DNA from: Squalus acanthias
Lineage: Eukaryota
Reading direction: 5' to 3'
Assembly: GCA_030390025.1 (NCBI GenBank)
Contig: CM059452.1
Location: 8,370,001 to 8,434,000 of the forward strand
DNA: 64,000 nucleotides
A program made the translations under genes and the position numbers. The notes under the pieces were generated by a model. The model did no database searches, was not told the DNA's origin, and saw only the letters and a list, made by a program, of their open reading frames with translations. How positions within the stretch are numbered: the stretch's first letter is position 1; each line of letters starts with the position of its first letter. Positions 1 to 11,175 of this stretch are shown here, in pieces.

Positions 1-682
1 TCGCTTGTGCTTTTTCAGATCCAGCTCGCACGAACTTGATGTTCCAGACATCAGCTGGGCAGTGCTTGCGTATCCCAGCGGCGTAGTGAATTCGTGCGAG
101 CTGTGGGATCACGTGACTCAGTTAGAGCCAATGGCAGCACACCATCTTCCATTCATAAGTTTCACAGCTCCGCTGTGAAATCTATGAATCTTACACCCCC
201 CCAAAATAACAGCTAAACCTCAATTAAATTTAAAAAAAACCCATCACATTAATAAAATAAGTATAGTTAATTAAATTAACCATTTTAAATAAAAAATTAA
301 ATTTTTGAAAAAATTTAAAATCTTTTAAAAAGTTATAAAAATAAACTTACCTGTCTTTAAAGTCTCTAAAAAAGATATACCTGTTAAAAAAAATTCAAAA
401 AAATACTTAATTCACTACTTACCTTCTTAAAAGTGGGTCTTACTCCTCCTTTTTACATTTCCAAAATCTTCCGTACTTACCTGCGCGTCCACAGCATGAA
501 GTGCACAGCGTGCGCGCAGCCTGTAGCGCGCACGCGATGCACCGAGGACCCGCCCCCTTTTCAGAAGAGCAATTGCCGGTTTTCAGCGCATGCGCAGGGC
601 ATGCAGAAAACCGGCAATTGGAGTGGGAATACGCGAGAGTACGCAGTGCGTACTCTCGCGCCCCGGGATCAATTTTCGGCCC
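1..682. mobile_element. Non-autonomous DNA transposon, right part (PIF/Harbinger-like termini)
   Basis: Ends in ...gatcaattttcggccc followed by aat; 225-682 recurs nearly identically, inverted, at 34358-34810; AT-rich core, GC-rich subterminal region. Confidence 0.6.
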
Positions 683-770
683 AATAAACCAGAGAGTTCA
701 CTGTCACAGTCTGCCGCGCCGGAGCACCTGTAGTTTATCTGTCGGCTCTTGCTCTAAATACAGCACCGTG

Positions 771-1220
771 TGCGGTGTTATGACCCAGAAGTATTTCCTG
801 GAATCCGCAGCTGTCAGCTGTGAAACCCTTAAACTGACGGCTCTGTTAGTTTTGGCCAAAGATGAGGTGAAGCGCCGTCTTGCAAAGTTCGCATCGTCAC
901 TGAACCGGTCGGTGCAGCGGATGAGGATATTCTCCGGGCCCACGGACCGACCCTCCCGGTACCAGGACAGGCAAACTCTCGTCACCTCTGTATAGGAGCA
1001 GGTTATTGTCGCGATCTCTCCCTCCTGAGCGGTCACCTCTTCCATTGGCCAAAGAGCGATCCATCCAAGGACACTGTCTAATGGACAGAGAGGGAAACGT
1101 TTAGATAAAGTTCCAATAACTGTGAGTAATAAATCCCAACAGGCGGCGAGATTGTCGCTCACACAACAAAAGCGGGATAGCATTTCGGAATAGGAATTCC
1201 CAGAGTGACTGTATCCAAAC
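771..1220 (-). pseudogene. TRAV: TCR alpha/delta V pseudogene V1 (second Cys replaced by Trp; extra Cys in CDR1 and CDR2)
   Basis: V exon 1077-771 (..ITCSYTEVTRVCLSWY..IRCTDRF..DSRKYFWV); RSS cacggtg 770-764, 23 bp, agataaact 740-732; leader-like LWEFLFRNAIPLLL with donor at 1162 but no ATG. Confidence 0.85.
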
Positions 1221-1231
1221 AGAAATATATG

Positions 1232-1470
1232 AAGAGTTGTGATAAAGTAAATAAGGAGAAACTGTTTCCACTGGCAGGAGGGTCGGTACCCAGAGGACAA
1301 ACACATTGAAGATTCTTGGCAAAAGAACCAGAGAGGCGATGAGGAGATTTGATTGTTTACTCAGCGAGTTGTTGTGAGCTAGAATTCACTGCCTGAAAGG
1401 GCGGTGGAAGCAGATTCAATAATGACTTTCAAAGGGGAATTGGATAAATACTTAAAAAGATACAAATTGC
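1232..1470 (+). mobile_element. CR1 LINE 3' fragment
   Basis: Encodes KEKLFPLAGGS..RG and the CR1 ORF2 C-terminal motifs seen in the other CR1 copies. Confidence 0.7.
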
Positions 1471-1637
1471 AGGAATAAAGATACCTATATATTAGAATTA
1501 ACAGCACAATGTCTAATCACAAATACAGGGACCAGCTGAGACTCGCCCCTGATCACAATGTCCCTCTGACGCGCTGATATGTTGAGCGACGCTCTGACAG
1601 TTTTTGTACAGGTCCAGCCCAGCTCCGTGTCTCTGTG

Positions 1638-2273
1638 GGGCTCAGTGCGCAGTAATACACCGCGGAGTCTGTCAGTTATGTTTCAGACACATTCAGCGGG
1701 ACGGTTCGGCTCGAATCATTGAGCTTCGCTGAAAAACGGACTCCTGGACGTGTCTCTTGTTGCTCGCCATATTTGCTTCTCTTCAGCAGATACTCTATGG
1801 ATCCGCTGGGATACTGACGGTACCAGAATAGATTAGGATCGCTGGTGCTTGTAGCTGTATAATTACAGTGCAACTGGACATCGTCTCCTTCACTGACTGT
1901 GGTTGCAGCCGGTGTCTGTGAAACGGAGTCTCCTCGAGAATGCCCTGCAAGAGGCCAGAGTGATATTACATTAAACACTGTCACTTCATTGTGTCTATTT
2001 GCCGTTCGCCTGTAAAATAACCTCAACTCTTCCGCTTTCACTCACTGGGGGAGATTGTCGAGTTTCCCCAAACAATGTTCAATGTTGAGTCAAGGTGGAT
2101 CCGGATGGCATCCTTCACTTCGGATCAATCTATTGATATTATTGTGTTCCGGGAACTGACCGATTAAATATAATGTATGATGCAGATGTGAAACATAATG
2201 TTGTGTAACTTGTGAACTTACCAGTTATGAGAGCTGCAGCTGTGACGAATAAATGAAATGTCACACCCAACAT
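1638..2273 (-). pseudogene. TRAV: TCR V pseudogene V2 (single in-frame TAA in FR3) with a leader from another family upstream
   Basis: V exon 1944-1638 GHSRGDSVSQ..HCNY..LFWYRQ..VSET*LTDSAVYYCALS; RSS cacagag 1637-1631, 23 bp, acaaaaact; leader MLGVTFHLFVTAAALIT 2273-2222 with GT donor. Confidence 0.9.
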
Positions 2274-3386
2274 GTTTGCAGAGAGTTGATGGCGGATTTG
2301 AAGAGAACAGGTTGAACCTGAATCTTTTTAAATCAAGTGTTGGGAATAATTTGAGTAATATCCGGCCTCTCTGCCGATTGGTTCATTCGTGAGAGAGTCC
2401 TTTGTTCTCCAATTCAACCAATCAGCTCACAGTTCCTTTGTTCCCAATTCAACCAATCAGCTCCAATTCATGGCGTCAGAGCGGGGAGCAAAGAACGGGG
2501 TGAAATGTTTTTTTCTCACAGGGAGGGGATTAACAGGGTTAATCTGTAAAGTGAGAGCAGTGAAGGGAAACAGTTAATGTTGTTCTGGCAGCAGTGCCGG
2601 AGCCTCCCATTAAAGAAGCTGCTCACTGACCATTAGAACTAACCGCAGCCGATATAAAGGGGGGATATAGACGGCAAGCGGGTCATGAAGGATTTGAACA
2701 CAACGATGCGATAAATTAGACGAATGCTTCCTTTAACATGAATAAAATGGAGAGTGACTGGCAGGTTTGAGCAGAATGGGACGGTGCGAACACCAAGAGG
2801 TAAATCATAATGTATCTGAAGAATTTCCTGATTTCAGTCCTAAGCTGACTATTCATAGTTTGAACCTGCGTCCCCTGGTTCTACTTCCACAGTTTCATTG
2901 AAAGTAATATTCAGAGTTAACTTTTTTATACACTTCGCGAGCTTAACAATCTCTTGGTGTAATTGCAGTCCGGAACTCGGGTGATGATTGGAACAGCGCT
3001 AGTGTCCAACTATCTCATCATTCAGCTCCTAAACTAATAATAACAAACCCCTGACTGAGCAGTGAAACACATCGCGTTTTACACTCGCAGACGCCGCAGC
3101 CGCAATTCACACGGGCTGGGTTTTGTCGCCATGGGATGGATACTTTCAAACAAAGGAGGAAGGGATCATTGGGAGAGGAGGTTAAGAGAGGGAGACTATG
3201 TATTCATATCTCTGCCGGTCTACCTACTTAGTTATCTATTCACCTATTTATTTATCCATCGTTTAATTTTTATAGTTTGGTTCTGTTGTATTATCACAAT
3301 CCAGATCCCAGATCTGATTCAGTGAGAGGGAGTGAGAGTCCTTTGCTGGTTTTTGTACGGAGTGACTGCGCCCCTGTAACAGTGTG

Positions 3387-3824
3387 GGGCGCAGCGCACA
3401 GAAATACACGGCAGAGTCAGAGACAAGAGCCCCGGAGACAATTAAAGGAACCGCTTTCTTGTCTTGTTCCAAATCAGCAGAGAACCGGTCTGGGAAATCT
3501 GGAGACTTATCCCCCTGCCCCTTGCCGTATCTCTTCAGTAAATATCTCGGAGCTTCCCCGGGGTATTGGATGTACCAGAAGAGATAGGGAAAGTTATCGG
3601 ATGTGGAGTAACTGCAGTTCAGTATTATGGTCTGTCCTTCCTGAACCCTTAACTCCGAAGGATCCTGGGACACTGAGTCTTTGCCACTCGTTCCTGTAAC
3701 AAAATAAAGAATGTGACAAAGGTCTCGGAGTAAATATAACCCATGGAACACACACTGACCCTGTAAACATAGACTCACCGGGCAGCACGACCATTATTAT
3801 CAGTAAGGAACATAGGGAGCACAT
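3387..3824 (-). CDS. TRAV: TCR alpha/delta V gene V3, apparently functional (SQDPSEL family)
   Basis: Leader 3824-3779 MCSLCSLLIIMVVLP; V exon 3693-3387 with both Cys and WY (..DSAVYFCALRP); RSS cacactg 3386-3380, 23 bp, acaaaaacc 3356-3348. Confidence 0.95.
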
Positions 3825-3975
3825 AGTATTTGGTTAGAGTTCGACAGAAAATAGCAGGATGTTTTGAACCGTTGTAGTCTGATACTAAACAGTAAACCCA
3901 ACTCAGCGGCAGGCTTCACCTATTTGGAAACCGAGGGGCGTTTCTCAGGGCCCGGATTGGCTGGTCATACAGAAC

Positions 3976-3983
3976 TGACGTCA
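3976..3983. promoter_or_regulatory. CRE (TGACGTCA) with adjacent CCAAT boxes, V3 promoter
   Basis: Perfect palindrome about 150 bp upstream of the V3 ATG; CRE-like motifs are typical of TCR V promoters. Confidence 0.55.
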
Positions 3984-4793
3984 GCTGTGGACCAATCAGT
4001 GTTAGTTGAGGACCAATTACTCCTGGCTCTCTCCAAACACTTTCCTTTCATGTCAGTGTCTGTGTGTCTTTCTCCCTGTCTCACTCTCTTGCCCTGTGTC
4101 TCTTTGTCAGTCTTTCTGTCTCTTTCTCGCTTTGTCTCTCTTTCTGTGGAACTCAATGTCTCTATATATAGATAGGTAGATCTCTCTCTAATTAAGGTGA
4201 AAAGTAAAATAATTCCAAATTAGTCTCAATCCCTGGCATTAAAGAATACCCTCCAATCCATCAACATCATTAATAGTTACAGTCCTAAAGCCACGCGGGC
4301 ATGTTAAGTAGTCACACCGGGATGTGATACCACTGAGGCTCAACTTGTTCCAGTAAAGTGCTGATTTCACTCAGTCACTATGTTTTACCACTGGAATCCC
4401 AGAAGTTTGGAAGTGTGACGCCCCCGAGGCCGACTCTGAGATTAGATCGCTTTTGAAAGATGTCACTTGGCAGATATGCACCATATCCAGGATTCTTACT
4501 TGTACAGATTGATCCTGTTATTCATCCCAGAGATCTGCATGTCTGAGCTAACAGGGAGCTGGAAATGTCTGAATTTGACGCTGCATTAAAATGATAGCGA
4601 GACGTCATTTATCCCAACACTGACAGCAATGAATTTAATGAGAGAAAACCGCTCGGATCAAGGCAGTATTTTCACATTTATTTCCTCGACAAACTCTCTG
4701 GGATTCAATCCCTGGTATTTTCCCGGAGTGCACCCTTGTTGCCGACCTGTGTCATGTTTTTGTATGAGGATAGAGGGTCCCTTATTCACTGTG

Positions 4794-5265
4794 GGTCTCA
4801 GGGCACAGTAATACACGGCGCTGTCTGCGATCTTCAAGCCTTTCATGGATAAGTGAAAAGTGCCTTGTGTCCGGTTGAGATTCCCGCTGAAGTGTTCAAA
4901 GCCCGGAGCCGTCTCGTTATTCCCATAACTATCGGTTCTGAGCAGATACTGAGGGGCTTTGTGGGGAAACTGGCGATACCAGAACAGGTCATAGCTTGTA
5001 GCTGAACCCGATACAGAGTAACTGCAGGTTATTGCTGAATCTGCACCCTCTTCTGATCCGACTCCTTGTTCTGACTGGGACACCGAGTCTCCGTTACTCA
5101 TCTCTGAAAATAAACAGCGGACACACACCGGGTTAGACGGAGTAACAGAAAGAGAATAATCTCCCGGAGATGTAGATGGGGATTGGAGAATGTTATAGGA
5201 TGGTTCCAATATCACCGACCTGTGATCAGGACAATAACCAGAGTCAGGCAGAGTTTCACCTCCAT
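4794..5265 (-). CDS. TRAV: TCR alpha/delta V gene V4, apparently functional
   Basis: Leader 5265-5220 MEVKLCLTLVIVLIT; V exon 5103-4794 (..ITCSYS..LFWYRQ..DSAVYYCALRP); RSS cacagtg 4793-4787, 23 bp, acaaaaaca. Confidence 0.95.
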
Positions 5266-5499
5266 GGTTCCAGCCTGATCTCCAGAAACAAGAGACTGTG
5301 ATCACTGCCTATACCGGGCCTGGAATGAGAGGAACTGAAACAGTGCAGGGATCTCATCAGATCGGTTTGGATTTCTTCTCCCCGCCCATTTGTATAGCTC
5401 TAAACAGCCACTTCCTTTATGTAGGATCATCATTTTATAAAGTGATCAGAGAGCGCCCTCCTGTGGATAGTACAAGCATGGTATAGCGCATTCGCAACA

Positions 5500-6000
5500 A
5501 GGACAAATAGATATCCATATACACAGACACACATGCACAGACAGCCATACACATACACACACAGACACCCATACACAGATAGACACACACACACACACAT
5601 AAACACACACACACCCTTCATATACACACTCACACACGCACAGACACCATATACATAGAGACACAGACACCCATACACACACATACACATACCACACACG
5701 ACATAAACCGAGATGCACACAACTAGTTGATATGTTGTGGAGGATACTTATGTATATTCAGTTGTGTTGTTTAAGATGAAAGATCTTTAACAAATGATCA
5801 GAATGCGCCCTCCTGTGTCCTGTACAAGCCTCACTTCGAGCACTGCAAACACAAACACAGAGAATCACACATACCGACACACAGACAAACATGCACAGAT
5901 AAACAGAGACAGACAGATAAACACACACAGACACAAGCACATAACCACACATAGAGACACATACATTCACACTCAAAAATACAGACAGAAAAACACAGAC
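5500..6000. repeat. Degenerate (CA)n-rich microsatellite tracts
   Basis: Direct inspection. Confidence 0.85.
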
Positions 6001-6501
6001 GAAAAGGCTCGAGTTTAAACTCCGAGGTTGTGACATTGCCACAACATCGTGTCTGATTTTCATTTCTATCAAATGGAACATGTTCTATCAACAAGAAAAC
6101 CCTAACATCGATTCAGCGTCGGTTTCAAAACACGGTTAAAATGAGAATAAGCTTCAGTCCGAAGGTTTTCCCCCCTTTCCGAGCAGTTCCGGGATGTGTC
6201 CAAGATATTGTGTGTAAGGCTGGTAACAGTCAGACACAATCTTCACCCATTCCCGGGATCGGATGATCAGATGTCCGGGAGCCTGTGTGCCGGGGCCGAG
6301 GGCAGTGATGATGAACACAGACAGCGACAATGATCAGCGGCAGCTCATTGAAACCAGGCTCTTGGTTTGATTCAGGAAATGACGGGGTCTCCGTGTGTTG
6401 AGAGAAACACTTCAAATTCTCCGCTTCAGTCCGAGAGCTGCAACTAAGAGGAGGCACCGGGTGAAGTGCGGGCTTCCCAGTGCGGGGAGACTGCGGCCTT
6501 G

Positions 6502-7452
6502 ATGGAGTTTGGGCTTTTCGTTGTTTGGGGCCTAACGACGTTGTTATTCGGTTGGTTTATTTATTTACACAGCTGCGTCTGTTTGTCCATTCCACTATTG
6601 ACACCACTGTCTGCTAGTCAGCGACCTCTAGGTCTGCCTAGTTCTCTCTCTCTCTGTCTCTCAGTCCCCCCACCCCTCTCTCTCTCTCTCTCTCTTTGTT
6701 TCTCTCTCTCGTTCTCTCTCTCTGTCTTTCTCTTTGCCTCTCTCTCTCTCGGTCTCCCTCCCTCTCTTCTATTATCGATCTCTATGTCTATCCATCTGTC
6801 TGTCTAATTGTCTGTCTGTCTCTGTCCGTCTCTCTGACTGTCTGTCTACCTGTCTATCTGCCTGCTTTTCTGTTGGTCCCTCTGTATCTATGTCTGTCCC
6901 TCTCCCTATCTTTCTGCCTTTCAGTCTGTCTATATGCCTCTCTGTCTGACTGTCTGTTTATCAACCTGTCCATCTATCTTTATCTAGCCATTAAACCGAT
7001 TCTGTCTCGTTCTGTCCCTTTGTCTCCCTGTGTATTCACAGAGAGATAGACAGATATATTCTTAAAGAATGAGAAACGTGTAATCAGTTCTTCTCTGTGC
7101 TTCCATTGGTAACCAGGAATGTTTTCTGCGGGACTGAGTTCTGGAGACTCCGTCGGGCAGTGACCAACAGAAGCCCAATATCTGGAAGGAACCTCGATGA
7201 GTATTAATTGTAACTATTCAACCTCAGATTCGATTTATTCCCTGCAGCTTTACCGTCAGAGCCAGAACAAGGCTCCGACTTTTCTAATTCAGTCACATTC
7301 CTTTGGAAAGGACGAAGTCAACGGTCGTTTCTCTGTTATTCTGGAAAAGTCTAAAACTACTAGTGTTTTCACCCTGACTGAGCTGCAGCTCGCTGACAGT
7401 GCCGTGTACTACTGTGTACTACTGTGGTCTCTGGACACCTCGTACAGTGACC
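6502..7452 (+). pseudogene. TRAV: TCR V pseudogene V5 (GLSSGDSV family)
   Basis: Leader 6502-6550 MEFGLFVVWGLTTLLF; CT-rich intron; acceptor AG mutated near 7130; TGA at 7161; heptamer lost, nonamer acagtgacc kept; paralog of intact V15. Confidence 0.9.
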
Positions 7453-7494
7453 GTTTTCTGTGAGATCAGCTCAAAGGAGATACTTCAAACTCAG

Positions 7495-7508
7495 CCACCA
7501 GGTGGCGC
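7495..7508 (+). promoter_or_regulatory. CTCF-binding motif 3' of the V5 RSS
   Basis: ccaccaggtggcgc matches the CTCF core consensus. Confidence 0.65.
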
Positions 7509-8154
7509 TGACAGAGCGCGGATTCCCACCGCCGGGCACCTAACATTAACCAATACTGACTGATATTTCTCAATATAAATTAACGTGAAATTGCTTTTGA
7601 GCTGAGATTTATGCTCATAATGTTTTACATTCATTTACAGTTTCATAATTTCAGAAGTTAGTTAAGTGTAAACGGGATGTGCATCTGCAGAACATTTGGA
7701 TCAGTTGCCATTTTGTTCGACTTCTCTCCGCTAGTTTCAGCCCCTGGTTTTAACCCACATCATTGCCGAATATTTTGTTAACTATTGATTAATATAATAA
7801 TTCTGCAATTCCTATCGCGAGCCTGATTGCCCGAATTTGTAACGAATGTGAAAGTAACTCAGCCCTTATAGAGAGACAGAGTTCTATAATTTCCGAAGGG
7901 GACATTATTATTGAGTTCAGTTCCTCACAGGTGGATTTCAGCTGTGATAACACCGCCCACGGCAGCCCCGCCCACAGCTTCCGTTTGCTGCTCTCGCTTT
8001 GAACCGCCTTGCCTGCCCTGTGTTATTGGAGAGATTGCTGCCGCTGTTCCCTGTTTGGCATTGCTTGGATCAGCAGTGCAGTGGGGTGCGGATCTGTATT
8101 TCTGCTCCCACAGAGAATTTCCCGGACTGCAGAGTTACAGACTCAGGGAGCGTC

Positions 8155-8666
8155 ATGTGGAACCGCCTCGCACCGCTCCTCATCATGATATCACTTCTCA
8201 GTAAGTATTTCCTTCCCAGTAAACATCCATTCTCCCCCTGACTGCTGTAACCCAGGTGTTATTATTGGTGAAATGATGATGGTGATGATGATGATTATGT
8301 TGATTGAGAGGATGATGATGACGATGAAGGTGATGGTGACTATTACTATTATTTTATGTTAGAACGGAGCCACCAAGACACAGTGGAGCAGCCGGTCCCT
8401 GAAATGACGGTTGAAGAGGAAAGTAATGTCACACTAACCTGCACCCTGAATACAAGCTACACTAACTCTTATGTGTTCTGGTACAGTCAGCACCCCGGGC
8501 AGCCTCCACAGTACGTGGTTTATATTATTGCAGGGAGAGTGAACCGAAACCCCGACTTCACTGACCAATTCTCTTCTACGTTTAATAAAAGTACCAAGAT
8601 TACCGAGCTAACGATCAGCAACGCCCTGATTTCCGACACCGCCGTGTATTTCTGTGCCATGAGCCC
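8155..8666 (+). CDS. TRAV: TCR alpha/delta V gene V6, apparently functional (QDTVEQP family)
   Basis: Leader 8155-8200 MWNRLAPLLIMISLL; V exon 8363-8666 (..LTCTL..VFWYSQ..DTAVYFCAMS); RSS cacactg 8667-8673, 24 bp, accaaaacc 8698-8706. Confidence 0.95.
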
Positions 8667-8730
8667 CACACTGCTGCAGAGATACAGAGGCTCCCGCACC
8701 AAAACCCAAACTGAGAGTTCCAGTTAGTGC

Positions 8731-8745
8731 TCACCAGAGGGCGCT
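8731..8745 (+). promoter_or_regulatory. CTCF-binding motif 24 bp 3' of the V6 nonamer
   Basis: tcaccagagggcgct. Confidence 0.6.
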
Positions 8746-9111
8746 CTCGCCCCGATAACCAGAAGCAATGGCCCGCAGTTTCCGATGCCTACACGTGTGT
8801 TCGAGCTGTGTACACACCCGTAGGGACATCGGAAATGCCGGTTTCAGGCATGTGAAGTGCATGCGCTTGAAACGGCATTTCCGATCTGTCAAGAATGCCA
8901 TTGACAGATCGGCTGCCTGCACTGGAAAAGGGCCTCAGCGGATGGAGAGTTTCGCTTTCTGCAGAACCTCCGCCCGCTGAAAACCCTGAGAAATCTTACG
9001 CCTGGTAAAAGCAGGTGTGAGGCCCGCTTTCACCCGCATAACAGTTGAAAAAGTAAAAAAAAATTTTTTCACTCATTTAGAATTTAAAAATACTTTTATA
9101 AAAGGTACTTT

Positions 9112-9680
9112 AATTCAGCGCTCCACTCCCACTCAGACCTCACTGTCCTCGAACTCTTGCATTGTTCCACGGAAGCTCAGCGTAAGCTCGAGGAACAGCA
9201 CCTCATCTTTCGATTAGACACTTTACAGCCTTCTGGACTCAACATGGAGTTCAACAATTTCAGATCATAACCTCGGCCCCTACCATATATATATTTTTTT
9301 CCACAATTTTTTTGGCCTTCTGTTCTTCTCTCCCACATGGCAGCTGTCTTTCATTCTGCGAGCGCAATTCACACTTCATCGAGAGCCATCCTTTGTTCCT
9401 CAACCTGTCCCATTACCATCCCCTTATGCCTTGAATATCTCTTACTGTCTCTCAATGTCTCTTAATCGCTCCTGCTTTCTATGCTATCACAGACCTTCCC
9501 TTTTGTTCTTTCATCCCCTCCCCCATTTCCCAGCCACTACAATTGCTTAAAAATCTGTTCCATTTCCAGCTTTTTTCCAGTTCTGACGAAAGGTCATCGA
9601 CCTGAAACGGTAACTCTGTTTCTCTCTTCACAGATGCTGCCTGACCTGTTGAGTGTCTCCAGCATTTTCTATTTTTATTT
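9112..9680 (+). mobile_element. Penelope-like retroelement 3' fragment nested in the DNA transposon
   Basis: C-terminus ..HSHSDLTVLELLHCSTEAQRKLEEQHLIFRL..PSGLNMEF; tail shared with the copies at 11041-13437. Confidence 0.85.
9579..9615 (+). ncRNA. Minimal hammerhead ribozyme motif (PLE-associated)
   Basis: agtt-CTGACGA-a-aggtc/atc/gacct-GAAAC-ggt-aact: core boxes, stem II and agtt/aact stem I. Confidence 0.6.
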
Positions 9681-10425
9681 TATAAAAGGTCAGTTTTATT
9701 TTTAGCCCCGTAAAAAACTTTAATTATTTTTTTCAAAAATTTTATTTTTGTTTAAAATATTTAATTTAATGTAATTTTAAATGATTTTAAAAACGTGATG
9801 GTTTTTATTTATTTAATATTTGAGTGTGTTTTTTCATTGATCCCCATTCATACTTTTGACGGGTCTATCTGTCAACAGTATGAAGAGGGAATCCCTTCTT
9901 TCATTGGCTCACCTGGCCCACGTGATCCCAGGGACGCTTGCGAACTGCATGCGCCCCTGGGATACGTGGGACCTGCGCATTTCAACTGTGCAGAGGCCCA
10001 GTATCGGAAGTGTACGCACCTCGGGAGCCCTCAGGTAAGCGCGTAGATTTCTTTCCGATAGGAGGCATCCGCACGCAGGAAGCCTCCTATCGAAAATTAC
10101 GGGCCAATATATCAGCCTCCACAGTGAGTGTCACAGGGAGATTCTTAAAAGAGCAAAACATTCACAAGGCGACATTATTATTGAATTCATTTCCTAACAG
10201 GAGAAGTCCTACGTGTGACAAAACTGCTCACGGCAGCTCCGCCCACAGCTGCCGTTTGCTGCTCTCGCTCTGACCCGCCTTGCCTGCCCTGTGTTATTGG
10301 AGAGATTGCTGCCGCTGTTCCCTGTTTGATATCGGTTGGATCAGCATTGCAGTGGGACGGGGATCTGTATTTCTGCTGCGACAGAGGATTTCCCGGACTG
10401 CAGAGTTACAGACTCTGGGAGCATC

Positions 10426-10600
10426 ATGTGGAACCGTCTCGCACCGCTCCTCATCACTATATCACTTCTCAGTAAGGATTTCCTTCCTAATCAAAATTGA
10501 CTGCTTTAACCCAGATGTTATTATTGGAAAAATGGCGAAGATGACGATTACGATTATGTTATGTTGGAATTAAGCCCGCACAACAACCCACACTGTGAGT
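10426..10600 (+). pseudogene. Orphan leader of the QDTVEQP family; V exon and heptamer deleted
   Basis: Leader 10426-10471 MWNRLAPLLITISLL with GT donor; intron joins directly (about 10570) to the spacer end, nonamer and 3' flank. Confidence 0.85.
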
Positions 10601-11138
10601 TTCAGTTAGTTTCACCAGAGGGCACTCTCAACCCGATAAACAGAGGAGACAATTCCGCCTCCACAGTGAGAGTCACAGGATGATTCTAAATGAGCAACAA
10701 AACACAACACTCAGCAACAACAGGAGAGGTCCACTGACGCCACTATATTAGTTGGTGATTGCAACACGCATTTATGATAAAAAAAATATACTTTGCAACT
10801 GCATCTGTGCCGCCTTAACGCATTTTTTTCTTCCAATGCCCTTTCCGTGCCTCCCTGTCTCTTCTCATCCCCCGTCTCCACGCTTAACCCATAATCATAT
10901 GAACTTCCTTTTTCCAGTCTTTAGCTTTACGATGTGAAGTCTGTGTTTCTTTTAGGGATATCCATTCATATCCGCTTCAACCCAGCTTCCCAAAAACAGA
11001 AACTGCAGACAGGTTAATGAGTAAACATACAATTTCTCACGCAAAAACAAAAGCAAAATACTGCGGAAATATGAAATAAAAACAGAAAATGCTGGAAATC
11101 CTCAGCAGGTCAGGCAGCATCTGTGGAGAGAGAAACAG

Positions 11139-11175
11139 AATTAACGTTTCCTGTCGATGACCCTTCGTCAGAACT
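11139..11175 (-). ncRNA. Minimal hammerhead ribozyme motif (PLE-associated)
   Basis: Minus strand agtt-CTGACGA-agggtcatcgacag-GAAAC-GTT-aatt with palindromic AACGTT stem III. Confidence 0.6.

Larger units (their letters stand above)
8770..10105. mobile_element. Non-autonomous DNA transposon (Harbinger-like) with TIRs and AAT target duplication
   Basis: Left ggcccgcagtttccgat versus reverse complement of right end ggcccgtaattttcgat; aat on both flanks; empty site agaagcaataattcagcc in the paralogous flank near 56682. Confidence 0.7.

Noticed and set aside
1200-1306. Hydrophobic N-terminus of ORF 704-1306 as a single-exon leader for V1
   Set aside because: It is largely the antisense of a CR1 fragment, and a separate donor and acceptor pair exists at 1162 and 1078.
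771-1640. NAR-TCR cassette (VNAR-D-J plus leaderless supporting V)
   Set aside because: The upstream V2 is an ordinary TRAV with no D or J between, and V1 has a leader remnant.
6502-6550. MEFGL leader resembling the human IGHV3 leader
   Set aside because: Only five residues match and the linked V exon is TRAV-like.
5430-7049. Cys/Val- and Ser/Leu-rich ORFs
   Set aside because: Translations of CA and CT microsatellites.
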